A stretch of DNA of 58,283 nt, the filler included, from Catajapyx aquilonaris (lineage: Eukaryota), in NCBI GenBank assembly GCA_000934665.2. It is 2 parts of 2 records of this genome, joined end to end, with 100 filler letters (N's around TTAATTAATTAA, not from the genome) between each part and the next. Parts side by side here need not be neighbours in the genome. Positions count along the whole stretch, not along the records: positions 29,233 to 58,283 come from JYFJ02004833.1; 1 more part is not named here. The stretch is one strand, 5' to 3'. A program made the translations under genes and the position numbers. Under the pieces are notes generated by a model. It was not told where the DNA came from, did no database searches, and saw only the letters and a list, made by a program, of their open reading frames with translations. Of the stretch, positions 36,957 through 50,552 are shown in pieces. Each line of letters starts with the position of its first letter. Position 1 is the stretch's first letter.

Positions 36957-39900
36957 GTGAGAGTGTTGCGGAAGCCAGTACGTCCTCGCCCGAGTGCGGG
37001 GCCCTGGGGCTGGGGGAAGGCTCCCCCACCCCTGTGGCCCTCCCTCTGCCCCCGCCCTGCCTCGCCGCATCCGAGGACCCGGGGCCAATCTCCCCGAGCC
37101 CAAGCCCCAACCCGGGACTCCCTCTCAGGGACAGGTGAGAGCCAAATCCGCCCCCCAAAAACCCCTGCTTGAAAATAACACAAGCGGTGGTCCAACAAGC
37201 AATAAACGCTGCTAACCCACTCCGGAAACCCACCAATCTTATTAACTGTCAGTTAATGGCCTCCAACACTCGGTTAATTACGGGAGAATCAGGAAGGTCC
37301 TTTGGTCGGACATTGCTGCTCTTTAACCAACAGGTTGGTCCAACTAACTGGGGACTTAAACGGCGACTAACTGACAGGAAAGTTGGTGCAACAGTCTTTG
37401 TTGTCAGAATAGCAGTTGCAGTAAACTGCTTGCTGGATCACCCCCCTCCTGTATTTTTGCACACACGTGAATTATATGCACATTATAGCCACCCTTGCGG
37501 CATAAAAAGTGTCGATTCTTCCTCCTCCTGGGTTTTGTTTTGTTGTGGCTTTTGTTCGTTTGTTCTCGCATGTTTCTGTTGTTATTGCTCGTGACTGACA
37601 GTTATGTTGCGTTTCGGCAGGTGTAGCCCGGTGACGGTGAAGCAGGAGGCGGCTGAAGCTCGGTTGGTCGCCGAGGAGGACGCTTCTTCGGTGGTGAGCG
37701 AGCAGGATCTTGAAGAGGAGTCGTCAGAGCCTCCTCCTCCTCCTCGTCAACAGGAGTGCAGCACACATAGGCAACAACAGCAGGAGCATCCGGAGGAGGA
37801 CAGGAGGCCGAGACGGAAGGAAGAGCCCAGAGAGGCTGGGCAGGACGGTGGCGGAGACGGTGTGTTTGACGGCGGAGGAGGAGAGATCCCTGCCGAGCCG
37901 GAGGCCGAAGACAAGGAGGATCTGTTGGAGTGCCCCCCAGGGGCTGAGCTGGACTTGAGCACCAGGAAGGCCCCGGGGCAACAGGAGCACACGCCCAACT
38001 CGACGCCGAATCACACCCCGACGCACACTCCGTCGCCGTCTCCAGGAGCGGCGACGGCTCCAGCGGCCGGTTCTTCTTCTCAGGCGCCCTTTTGGTCGCC
38101 CATTCCGTACCGGATCAACGGAGTTCGCCCCGAGATAATCAGCGGGGGATACGTCAACGGACAACGCAACGTAAGGAGGCAACGAGGACGGATCTAATGC
38201 TTGTGAATTAACTCCCGTAATTATCTCCACAGGGATCGGCGAGCACGACGACGGTGACGGAAAAGACGACGCGTCTTCGGACACCGACAGTGATAATGGG
38301 TGAAGCAGGTGGGGTTCGGACAATGGTGTGGTCGCAGCCGGGGCAGAGCATCCTGTCTGCGGTCAGCATGGAGGCCCCTGCCAGCATCCATGCTCCTCCG
38401 CCCCCGCCACCGTCCCTCTACGGCGGCGGATCAGGGGGCGGCGGAAGCAACTCCTCTCCGGCTGCTGAGCTCTTACGGAACAGCAACTCAACCGGAGCCA
38501 GCAACAGCAACTGCAACAGCAACTGCAGCAACAGTAGTGGTGGCAGTGCCGGTGCTAGTGCCCCCGCCAGCAACAATGCTGGCGGCAACAATTCTCCGTC
38601 CCCAGAGCAACTCCGGCTGTCCGTCGACGGCCTCCTGAGCTTGGGCCAGGAGACCAGGAGACTTACGGCCGCGTTGCCGCACCTCCCGAACGCGCTCAGT
38701 CCCAACGGATGCGGTAACGGGACGGCCGCGAACGGCGTGAACGCCCCGACCTCTCCGTCTCCGCTCCTCTCACCTGCCACCGTCTACCCCCATTCCCACA
38801 CGCCCCCAACGGTCTTCCAGCAGGCGTCGGGGACATCCTCATCCTCCTCCTCATCATCCACATCCTCATCCTCCTCAACCACTTCAACCACCCCGAGAAC
38901 GCCAGGTGAACCTCCGCCCCAACAACCCCAACAACCCCAACCTCCTCCTCCACCCCCGCCCCCTCCCCCGCCCCCGCCCCAGCAGCAACAACAACAACAA
39001 CCACGCTCCTTTCCACCGCTCAACATGGAGCGACTCTGGGCAGGCGACCTCAGCCAGCTTCCTCCGCCCCAACCCCAGCATGGTCTGCACCAGCAGCACC
39101 ATCATCAGAACCAGCAGCACCACACGGACTCGCAGGCTCTCAACCTCTCCTCCTGGGGGTCCAGGAACGGAGGGGACTCTGGGGGCGGGGGGATGCCGGT
39201 TGTCCCTAGGGGCGTGGATGATGAGGATGATGAGGAGCAGCCCATGATCTGTATGATCTGCGAGGATAAGGCCACTGGTCTTCACTACGGGATCATCACC
39301 TGCGAAGGGTACGGACCCATGCAAGACTGCAACATGTGGCCTGTCCTATCACAGCAGAAGCAAACAAATCGTGCTTGCACTTGTCTCTGTCCCAATCGTC
39401 CACTTGTTTCTTCCTTTTCATCACTCTGCTCTTCACATCCTTTTGCTCTCTGTACACCTCTCAAAGAATGTCTCCTTCCACTCTTCTAAACGGCTGTCAT
39501 ATCGAGAGACCCTGCGACCTACTTTTCTAGGAGTGTATCCGCTGAAAAATAGGCGTGTATCCGCCAGGAAGGAAACTTAGGTCATGGGGGGGTAGGTTGG
39601 TACAGCGTGCCCCTACCCCTTCCACATTCGGTCTCCCGATATTAAAGTCCTTCCTTCTAAACTTGCGCTTTCGATGAGAAATGTGGCATCACCGCCACCC
39701 AGGTGTTAATTGTTATCACATGACTCTTCCTGAGATCGCATGACTTGAGCTGGGCAGAGGATGCGATACTTACTCATCTTGACCTAATTGCGTAGCACAC
39801 GTAAAAATAATTGCGATATGACTCGCTTCAAATGATCTTATCGTCCGTTTATGACATCTCTGGCTGTATACACACAACGAATGTGTCACTAGTTCATTGT

Positions 39901-42900
39901 TAAAGCCCCTTTCGCGTGCAAAAAAAAAATCCTTAAATTGGGTTCGTACTTTTATGACAAGTTGTGGGTCGAACTACTACTCAATTTACTTTTGAATGAC
40001 ATTTGTTCCACGAAGTGGTTAGCGACGTTTTTGTCATAGCTTCTGTGGTCCTAGGCAAAAAAAATATGGGCAGAATCAACATTTTGCACAAAATCTGGGC
40101 CGTTTTGTGGACTTTGTCCAAGATTTTGGGCCAGTGTAAACGGGCTTAATTTAATGCAGTTACTTCTATTATTTTAAAAACAATTCCTCCCAAAATTAAG
40201 TAGCCTCCAGAACAAAATTGCAATCCCATTTTGACCCCTGCAATATCAGCGGTTGAACCCACATTTTGCAATGTGATCCCTCCAAATTTGCTCAAAAAAT
40301 GATGCATACATTCAACCTAATTCTGGAATCTAATAGAGTTGGCTCCGTATATAACACGGAAAAACGTATGTTATAACCGAGGTCTGCTATGGCCAAATCG
40401 TCATTTTTGAAGGCATACACAAGTTTTCTGCTTTCTATTTGCTTAAAACGCGCACTACTGCATTAATTACTGAAACTTTCGACAAGAATGCAAAATTAGC
40501 TCACTCGTAAATTAGGCAGGACCAAAAAAAAAATCAGTCAGTTTCTTTTGCCGCCTCCTTTTCGCCAAATATACCAGAAAAATAATGTAGCAAATCAGTG
40601 ACAGATGTTAAAATCACACCCCTCCAGTATTCTGTACCTTCCTATGCATGGGAAAGGAATTTAAATAATTAAAAAACAGCATATTTTCCCTCCGAGGGGC
40701 TAAAAATGGTCCATTATAACCAGGGTGTGGTATGTTACATAAGGAGTAAAAATACACAGGGCCTTAGGAAGTATGGCAGGACCCGCCTTTCGAGTCTGTT
40801 ATAACCGAAAGTCTGTCATATCCAGAGTCAACTGTATTGCCATACTCTAAAAGTAGTTTTAATTAACTGCTTAAGATTAAAACAGAGCGAAAAACAGCTA
40901 ACCACTTCAGACACTTCCAATGATGAACATACAGGGTAATTTTAATTAATAATGTAATACTTAAAAAATCGCAAAAATGTGCCCATAGGTGATTTCACAT
41001 TACAATATACCCAATGCGACTTTGTCATTTTGTTCAACCAGCACTGAGCTGAATATAAGTTTTAGTGAACAATGTAAGGGTCAAAATTCTGACAATTTCC
41101 CAGCCACTTCTCCGAGAGTATCAATTCACTCTGCCTGAGCCAAGTGCATGGGTGTCCGTTCCTTGGTACCTCCTGTCTTTGTCTTGATTTTTTGACACAT
41201 TGTTCTGGTGGTACTCTTGTGGTACTGTTGACTTGAGGGCGCTCCTTTTTCCAGGTGTAAAGGGTTCTTCAAGCGCACCGTGCAGAACCGGCGCGTGTAC
41301 ACCTGTGTGGCGGACGGACGGTGTGAAATCACGAAAGCACAGCGGAACCGATGCCAGTATTGCCGGTTCAAGAAGTGCATTGAGCAGGGAATGGTCCTGC
41401 AAGGTTGGTCGGGAGAGGGGGCGGCGCCTTAGGTCACCCCCCCCATCACCCCAAAAAATATATCCCCAAAAATCTTGTGTATGTCCACAGTCCCCAGAAA
41501 ATAAAAGAGGGGGCCTTATGGCGTCGCTCCCCGTCATTTTTCTTCCATGCCTGTTGGTTGTCTTTGGTTCTGCATGATCTTTTCACCCATCATGTACTTA
41601 CACGTCAAGAAAAGTTTAGGACAAACCTGTCAGCTCATTAGATAAGGGAAGGGCACAAAAAATGCAGGTGTCCGAAACATTTTTTTGGTATGAAGTACTC
41701 ATAGTGCGTGGTACTTTGCAGGATAGACTTGATCCAGTTCGGGGCATAAATCAGTAATGTTGTCAAACTGTGAATTTACGCGAAATAATTTTTATGAGTG
41801 TTTCTTGGCATAATATCGCTGCTATATGCTCATCTACACATAGGAAGATTCTTTCCTTATGTGCGAGTCTAATCAAATGACAATCATGATGCTGAATCAT
41901 AACATGTTGATAAAACCTTGGTTGTCAACTGGTGGTATGCAAAAAATTTGCGATAACGCTACTGGCTACTTGAAAAATAATCACTGTATGGTTCAGTGCA
42001 CTCCAGCAGTACCTATCAGAAAAAATTCTTTACGAAAAATTTGTTTCCTGTGCAATGTTTTCAATGGGCACTCATTGTCCCTATTGAAAACATTACACAG
42101 GAAGCATAAATTAGATAAGAGAAATGTTGCTCCAAGGAAATGTCCAGCAAGGTACCTCACACGTATCAGTTACATGCACCTTGTACAACTTAAAATATTT
42201 GATAAAGATCAGATTCGACTTTTTTTTTTAAATGGTGGAGGATCTTGTCCATTCCACTCTTTTTCCCCCATTCGGTTCATCAAATTCTTGAAAAACCGTT
42301 TTCACACACTCATTATTTGGAAAAGGGCTCTCTAACCAACCGATTTTTTTCCCCCATATAAAAAGGCAGCAGCAGGCGGATCAAATTTTTTTGTAGGTTT
42401 TTAAAAAGTGCACCCGTGTGTATGTAATTTTTTAAACAACTCCACGAGCTTGAACTTTTCTAACACATGTTTTCTCTCTATTTTTTAACAGCCGTGAGAG
42501 AAGACCGGATGCCTGGAGGACGCAACTCTGGAGCGGTGTACAACCTGTATAAGGTACCGGTACGCAGTCTCTGACCACTCCTCATTACACCTTACGATAA
42601 ATTAACCGCCTAACTCTGTAGTAATTATTTTGGTATGAGCTGGACAGATGGGACAGTTTTCTTCTTTGGCTTATATACCACCCAATATAGCCTCTTTCAG
42701 GAGTTTTTTGCCCACAGTATACGCGGGGAACTGTTCAGAGAAGACAACCCCACCCACACACAGGTTGTCCAGGAATAGATCGGACAGGTTTTTAAGAAGC
42801 ACTGTGTTGTGCTCGGTTGGGGGAAAAGGTTACGTTGCATGTCAAACAAACAGAAAAAAGGTAAAGAAAATTTGATCAATTCCTAGACCTCTGTGCAGTC

Positions 42901-45900
42901 TCGGAGGGTTTTGGTAGCCCTGTAAATTTTTGCACTGTGCGATTGAGTTGCATAAAAATGGCAGATTTTAGGTTAAGACAGGACAAACAATAAGTTTCCC
43001 ATTTATACACTGGTAAGCAGGTTAATTTTCCCAGTGTAAATTGGGCCTGACCAGGAGCAAATAGTGTGCATAGAGATGAGCCAAATGCATTTCTTTTTAG
43101 TCATTAATTTATAAGATATGGTAATAAACCTATAGAAGGCCTTCATGACTAAAAGTCAATTTATGTAATGGCTAATAATTAGGGTAAAAACTGAGCCCGG
43201 CCTTGCAAAGGGCAGATCAATAAAAAAAAGGGCTGTCATTGGAGACATGTCAATTGATACAGATACAGTCTCTTCCAGCCATAAGATTAATATGTAACAT
43301 GGATAAGCAATGAGTGGCAGACAAGCACATAAATATTAGCCCAGTAATGTAAAGAATCATTGTAGTTGTAATGTTAGTAAACAGCATGTATGGCTTGATT
43401 ATCATGATATTGTCAACAGGGATTCAGAATTGTCTTGTAGACAGCGGTATTGTCCAGTTTCATGCAACACAATTGCACGTTGTGCACACAAAGGGCTGCC
43501 TGGGTTTGTTTCAGTTGGCTTTTGGCTCGCTATAGGTACTTCCCTTGGTTGCTGCTTGTATAATGTAGGCTACCTACCACATATAATGTACAAGTAATTG
43601 TTAATTGGTGGGGGTATTTTTTTCTGTTGTTGTTGATGGGGGCAGAAAAGTTTGTTCAGTCATAAATCTGGTCCACTTTCTTCCCCCTGTTTTCGTAACT
43701 GCGCTCCCGTACATTATGGAGACGCAATGAGAGAGGGTTCCGATGTGTGATGCGTCATAAGAGCTGAGCTTCTGGATCTTGAGCACAGGTAGGTGGCTGT
43801 CCAACTGCACGTAACTTCAATTCCAAAAAAAGGCCAGGGAAAAAGCCGGAGGTTGGAACGAGTAGCTCATTTGCATTGGCTCTAATATATATATCAGTTC
43901 ACAATGAGGCCCAGCTCTGTGAATCCCCTCCCGAGAGGTTGGTACTCTGCACACAGTTTGGCGCCTCTTGCTGTAGGTAAAATTCCCCGCGCATGCGCAT
44001 TCCCATTGGTAGATCCTGATGTGCATGCGCGTACAAAAGAGTGCCGTCTGATGCATTGTACCACGTTGTGTATCAGTTAACATCCATCTAATATAACTAT
44101 TTTGGAGGCGATTCGCTGAGACTTGACCTATCCCAAGGTGACTGGCATGCAGGGCAGCTGCCCCAATGTCCCCCTTTTCCTTTCTCCGTCTCCAGGTGAA
44201 ATATAAGAAGCACAAGAAAGCGCCGAAGAACGGCCAGCTGAAGCCGACCGAGAGGAGTCTGAAGGGTCCTGTGTCCGGCGCCGGACCTGGGGTCGGCTCA
44301 GGGGCCAGTTCGCCCGCAGCGACTGCCACTGGCGGCGCCTCTGAGACGCCGCTGCCTCCACTGCCATCGCTGGCCAACGGTCAGATACTCAAGACAGCCC
44401 TCACCAATCCCTCCGAGGTTTGTATCAGGACATGTATAGTATCTTCTAAGCAATGTCTCTAAAAAAATACATTCACTAGCTGATTGATATATTTCACCCA
44501 GAGACTTTCCAGATATCAATAGATATCGTCTCGCCTTGATCATATGCATAGTCAAAAGCTCTTCAATATCGGCAAATTTGACAACCATGTATGTGGCCCA
44601 AAATCTACAGGATGTCAAATATCTGTGAAATCTCCATTGTCAGCAATAGCTCAAGTCCTACTTGCTCTCACGTGTAACTAGATATCTTCCAGAACTTTTT
44701 CTTGAACTTGATGCGCCTCAGAGTCCGAAGGTGGCTCGAAATTCAATCTTGACACGTTGGCCTCTTCAGTCCTTCCAAAGGATATCATTCTTGGGACATT
44801 TGAGACCCCACTTCCCATTGTGGATCAAAATATCTCTGGGTGTGACATGTCTGTGATGGGGCTTTTTTCTCTCTCAAGTCCAACTTTGATATGTAACTTT
44901 CCTGTGGTCTTGTTGCAGGTGGTGCACCTCCGGCAGAGGCTGGACAACGCGGTGACCTCATCGCGGGATCGCAGCTCGCCGTACGAGGCTTCAGTCTCCA
45001 TGATCCGAACGCTGATCGAGTGTGACGATTTTGAGGACATCGCGACGCTCAGGGTACATCAGTGTGAATTTGCCCCTTAGAAACACACATCTGATCCTAT
45101 CCTTTTTCTCCATGCAGAATCTGGAGGAACTCCTGGACCACAGGGCGGACCTCTCAGAGAAGTTGTGCCAGATAGGGGACTCCATAGTCCTCAAGCTGGT
45201 GCAGTGGACCAAGCGCCTTCCATTCTACTCCGAGCTGCCAGTTGAAGTGAGTATGTGGCTAAAATCATCAAGGGTGCAGCACCCACTTGTTGTTGAAGGT
45301 CACAGATAACGACTCTTCTTCCTGGTTTGGGTTACGCAATACCATCCCGTTGATCGATATAGCCAGTCACGAGCTGTTATGTAACTACCTCACATACTGC
45401 ATATATAGCTCGCCACGTTTTATTAGCAATCACGTCTGTGTAAGGTCGGTTATGTAACATTACTGAGCAAAGTTCTCCCTGCCAATGCAATGCAATACAT
45501 ACCCGAGTTAATATTTTTCGCGTCTTTTCTTATAGGTTCACACCCACCTCTTGACCCACAAGTGGCATGAACTTCTGGTGCTGACCACCTCCGCCTACCA
45601 GGCCATCCACGGGGCCTCAACCAGGCCTAGGTCGTTACCCCCTTCATCCGACGCCGGAGACCCCGAATTCGTTCAGGAGGTGAGTAACCTTTGACCGACG
45701 ACCTCAGGCCAACGAACCTTTTTTTTTTTGCAATCGATCGCGTTTGAGGGAGGTCAGTTGCACCAACAGCAAGTTAGAGCTAAATCTCCGATTAGTAGTC
45801 TCAAATCTCTGTTTAACTAATCAGTGATTTGGTATTAAATCTCAGCTTAACTAATCGGAAATGTAAATCTCAGTTTAACTAATAGGATATGTGTAGCCCT

Positions 45901-48900
45901 AAATCTGTTTAAAAATAATCGTCGATTTAGCATTAAATCTCAGTTTAACTAATCGGATGTGTAGCCCTACATCTCAGTTTAACAAATAGGATATGTGTAG
46001 CCCTACATCTCCGTTTAAAAATAATCAGCGATTTAGCATTAAACCTCCGTTTAACTAATCGGAAATGTAGCCCTAAATCTCTGTTTAAAAATAATGGTCG
46101 ATTTAGCATTAAACCTCCGTTTAACTAATCGGAAATGTAGCCTTAAATCTCTGTAACTAAACGGAGATGTAGCATTAAATATCTGTTTAACTAAAAGTAG
46201 ATCGGGTCTTTGTTGTTGGTGAAACAGATCATCCACCTGTGTGGTTAGCTATTGGAGAAGTGATGCACATTATACGATCTCTGTAACCTTCATGAAGGTG
46301 ACATATCCCCAGCCACATGTACACAACCCATAGGTTGATCAATAACCGACCGTTTAAGGTAGCGTACCAGGAAAATTATCAAGGGTTTTTATAGGACCAT
46401 TATTTGCACGAGCATATTCCGATACTTTCAGTTTTTAACGACACTTTTGTGCAATATTTGCGTGCAAGTTTTGTGTCGGTTCTTTTCCCATAGGTTAAGT
46501 TAAGCGGCTGGTTAGAGTTAATGTGCCGATTTCCATATGAGGGTTATTCCTTTGAATCGGTTCATGTACGGTGCACAATTAAAACAGGGTTGGAGAGACA
46601 AAGGCAGGGGTAAACGGCCTCCAGGTCAATGGGAATGCCGATGACTCACCCGGTACAGTGAACCCGACGCCTCCGACGCTACTGTAGCAATGGCGGAAAA
46701 TCTGAGCCGAATCCAAACTTCTGTACTCCCATCCCAAGTACAATCCGAGTCTTACCAAGTTTTACAGCCGTTTCAAGTCAATAGAAACCAGATTCAAGTG
46801 TAAGCCCAGCATTAACAACCGGTTGCATCAAGGCGATTTAAACCGAAAATCTGCGATTATTCACTAGTGCCGCCATGTTTAATGGGAGATTTTCGCTTTA
46901 ATTTGTGTTTAGGTTGCATCAAAACAAATTAAGCCGAAAAATATCCGATAATGCATTAAGTGTCATTATGTTTAATATGACATTTTGAGCCTTAATCTGC
47001 GTTTAGGTTGCACCAAAGCAAATTAAGGCGAAAATTGCCGATTAGTGCCATTACGTATGTTTAAACCTAGATTTTTGTCTCCTTCATTTGCGTGTATGCC
47101 AACCATACAGTACTTAAACCTCTGTTAAAACGTTGAAGAGGCAGCATATAAATCTGCGAAGTACGCAGAAATTGATGCGCAAAATATGTCTTTCTCCCAC
47201 CGGTCGAAATATGTGCATTGAACATTGTACGTGTTGCGAATAAGTGTTTCGAGAACAATAATCGATTTGGCGTATGTGAAATAATCATGACAATGCAGCT
47301 AGCTCCAGCACTTTCTAAACCAAGGTCAGGTTCTGCCGAGTTTTTGCAATGAAGGTCACACCCTATATGCTAATCGACATTTTCAAGGCTTTTTTTTCCA
47401 GCATATGTAACAAGTTGGTAAAACTGGAGCATACTTATCGAGTCGTGTGACCTTGACCCTGAATTTTTGGCGCAAGTCGCAAATTTGCAAATCGAGCCCA
47501 CTTTTTTTTGTCATTGGGTCGACCTTGCAGCAAGTTCGAACTTTGACCTTGACACTAGCAAATGTCTGCAAATATTTTTCACAAACTTTTTCGCACATAA
47601 GGCAAAGAGAAAAAGATAGCGCGTTTATGTAACCCTCCAGCTTTGTCTAGCCTCGGCGTTGCCAATTTTCTTTTTTTAAACTTTTAAACTAGATAAACTA
47701 CAAGTATAGGTCTGGTTTGCAAGCTAGATAGGTTGAGCCTATTTTTAAACGCAGTTTAGGTTGCGTAATCTGCATGCAGAAAAATAAATTGGAGGGGGCC
47801 CTCCTGCACCTGTTTCTAGACGCTTCTAACGGTTAGCATACAGTTAGGTCAAACCGTAACCTTCGACCCTCTGGTAACCACTGGTTTCCCACTTGGTTTC
47901 TGCACCAGTTGGTTACTAACATGTCACCAAATGGTCACTACAATGTCACCCAACCCTCCGGTAACCACTGGTTTCCCCCTTGGTTTCTGCACCAGTTGGT
48001 CAATCAATTGGTTATTAACTTGTAACCAAATGGTCACCCAGTTGGTTACTAACACGTAACCAAATGGTCACCTACAATGTAACCAAATGGTTACCATCAC
48101 GTTTTATCAGGTAGTTACCAAGTGATCCAGTTGGTCGCTTCCAAGTTTTCAAACGGTTACTTCTGAGTTACCAGTTGGTTACCGAGTGGTTACCGCCAAG
48201 TTTTCAGTTTTTAAAAAAATGCAAAGTCAGGACTTACCGCCCAGACATTTGTCCATTAAATCCAATGCACACTAGACACTACCACTGGACACTACACTAC
48301 CACTAGACACCACCAGTTGGACACCTGCGTCCCCGCCGAGTGTCTGCAGGGTACTGGCTGCGAGTGTACTGGTGTAGCACTGAACTTGACGGTGTGGAAG
48401 GGGCCAAGGCGAAGGCACGTGACTGCGTGACGTACCAGGTCCGTCCACTGGCAAGGGGCGGGAGGCGGGGCGGGGAGGAGAGCATGGGGAGGAGGAGGGT
48501 CTAGACGGCTTATATAACTGCGCAAGTGAGAGGGCAGCAGGGCACAGGGACACTGGGCTACCGGGACAATGGACTGCATGGACGCGCGGCTAAATATAAA
48601 CACCAGCTAGGTGCTCACAAGGACAATCTATTGGAAGATCGGCACTAATTGGAGCAATACGAGTCGAAAATGTAGAGGAGCGAAATTGCGATGGACCAAC
48701 TCTTGAGGAGCATATCTGCCGTCCCAAGGAGAAACGTCCTGTGTCCCCAAGCAGGGGCGAAATTTTGAGGGACCAACGGTAAGGAGCATACAGTTGACTC
48801 CGGATATAACAGACTTCAATGGAGTCTGTTATATCAGGAGTAAAAATACTTTATGGAAGTGTGGCGGGACCGACCTTTCGAGTCTGTTATAACCGAGGCT

Positions 48901-50552
48901 GCTATATCCGGAGTCAACTGTATATCCAAAAAACGGGTTTGGATATAGGGTGTTTCACCTTGGGACTGTAGATATGCTCCTTCAAAATTTTGCCCCCGTT
49001 CTACATTTTTCGACATGTATTGTCCTGATTTGTATATGGCGTTTCTTATTGGGACGGCAGATATATGCTCCTGGTGGCAGGCTTGTTTCGGAGATAGGGC
49101 GTTTCTCCTTTGGACTGCCCCTAGACACGTTCATGCTCTGCAATTTTATCTCCCGACCTTGTTGTCTCTTCAGGTGCAGAGCAACCTGTGCTTGCTGCAG
49201 CAGTGTCTGACGTCGATGATGGGTCGTCCTGTGACGTTAGAGCAGCTTCGGCAGGACGTGGGTCTTATGGTCGAAAAGATCACCTACGTCACGCGGATGT
49301 TCCGGTGCCTCTCCTTGCGGATGGAGGAGTACGTCTGCCTAAAGGTCATCGTCATGGTCAACCAAGGTCAGTGTCCCCATCAGGAGAGGTTAAATAAAAG
49401 GTAACCCAAACTGACCCTCCCAAAAATTGTATTTTCACAGCCAAGAACGACCCGACCGAACTGGAGGTGATCCAGGACAGGTACATGAACTGCCTCAAGA
49501 CGTACGTGGAAGCCACGTGCCCGCAGCAACCCTCGCGGTTCAACAACCTCCTCCTGACCTTACCCGAGGTGACCATTTTCTACCTTTAAAGTAGCCATTC
49601 AAACGACAAAGTGTTAAAAGTCATTTAAACCAGAATTTGCACTTACGCCCATTTTCTGTCGTACTGTTAGTGAAAATACGACGTTTTTGTGTGGGAGGTT
49701 TAGTGTACTTACGACCTTTTTTCTGTTGGACAGTTTGTACACTTGCGATCTTTTTCTGTCGAACGTTTAGTGCACTTATTACGACCTGTTTTTGTTGGAC
49801 GGATAGTGAACTTACGACGTTTTTCTGTGAGCCGGTTGTGCACTTACGCCTTTTTTGCATTGGACGATTAGTGCACTTACGTAAGATGTGTCGGACAATT
49901 TGTGCAATTACGACGTTTTTGTGTGGGAGGGTTTGTGCACTTACGACCTTTTTCTGTGGAATGGTTAATGCACTTACGTCTTTTTCTGTCGGACCTTTAG
50001 TGCACCTACTACGACCTTTTTCTGTGAGACGGTTGTGCACTTACATATTTTTCTGTGGGATGTGGATGGTTTGTGAACTTAGGCCATTTTTGCATTGGAC
50101 GGTTAGTGCACTTACGGCTTTTTTCTGTGGGACGGGGAAAAGGTCATAAGTGCACAAACTGTCCGACATAAAAAGACACAAGTGCACAAACCATCCCACA
50201 GAAATGGGATGTTGGATGGTTTGTGAACTTAGGGCATTTTTGCATTGGACGGTTAGTGCACTTACGGCTTTTTTCTGTGGGACGGGGAAAAGGTCATAAG
50301 TGCACAAACTGTCCGACATAAAAAAGACACAAGTGCACTAACCATCCCACAGAAAAAGGTCGTAAGTGCACTAACCGTCGGTTAGTGCCCTTCCGTCTTT
50401 TTTGCGTGGGAATCCCTGTTTTTTTTCTCCCCCGCCTAATTCCGATCTTTTTTTCTTCTTCTTCTGAACAGGTTCAGACGGCCGCGGCCTTGCTTCTGGA
50501 GAGCAAGATGTTTTACGTTCCTTTCCTGCTGAACTCGGGCATCCAGAGGTAG
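36957..50552 (+). CDS. Hr4: Hormone receptor 4 (NR6A/GCNF-like nuclear receptor), 5'-partial; exons 36957-37134, 37621-38170, 38233-39308, 41255-41403, 42492-42553, 44196-44417, 44919-45053, 45118-45246, 45536-45679, 49174-49366, 49441-49568, 50472-50552
   Basis: Phase-consistent GT-AG exons (~1015 codons). Hr4 motifs: [47 protein letters not shown]4 zinc fingers [40 protein letters not shown]...[66 protein letters not shown]...EEYVCLK...[13 protein letters not shown]. Confidence 0.96.
40336..40834. mobile_element. Tc1/mariner-pogo-type MITE (long member of the family also at 48791-48920)
   Basis: TA|GAGTTGGCTCCGTATATAAC ... ATATCCAGAGTCAACTG|TA; shares CCTTTCGAGTCTGTTATAACCGA with the 48.8 kb copy. 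Confidence 0.7.
41990..42002. promoter_or_regulatory. Candidate ecdysone response element (IR1) in an Hr4 intron
   Basis: GGTTCAGTGCACT fully matches RGKTCANTGMMCY and differs from the Drosophila hsp27 EcRE (GGTTCAATGCACT) only at the spacer base. Confidence 0.45.
45778..46193. repeat. Minisatellite, ~33-35-nt unit (TAAATCTCAGTTTAACTAATCGGA...GTAGCCC)
   Basis: About a dozen diverged tandem copies; two unit variants alternate. Confidence 0.85.
47865..48200. repeat. Low-complexity GGTAACCA/TGGTTACC direct and inverted repeat cluster
   Basis: Duplicated GGTAACCACTGGTTTCCC..TTGGTTTCTGCACCAGTTGGT and repeated GTAACCAAATGGTCACC. Confidence 0.7.
48791..48920. mobile_element. 130-bp Tc1/mariner-pogo-type MITE nested in an older inverted-repeat element (~48660-49120)
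   Basis: TA|CAGTTGACTCCGGATATAAC ... GCTATATCCGGAGTCAACTG|TA; flanks AGGAGCATATCTGCCGTCCCAAGG / CCTTGGGACTGTAGATATGCTCCT are inverted repeats of each other. Confidence 0.8.
49637..50395. repeat. ~39-40-nt unit tandem array (GTGCACTTACGACCTTTTTCTGT...) with internal inversion and ~149-bp duplication
   Basis: More than 12 forward units, then inverted units (AAAAGGTCATAAGTGCAC); ~50057-50205 is repeated at ~50206-50355. Confidence 0.85.

Noticed and set aside
45778..46193. CRISPR-like regularly spaced repeats
   Set aside because: Units are contiguous and diverged with no unique spacers, there are no cas genes, and the context is a eukaryotic intron.
49621..50319. ORFs of 92-170 aa on both strands
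   Set aside because: They are by-products of a ~39-nt tandem repeat within an Hr4 intron.
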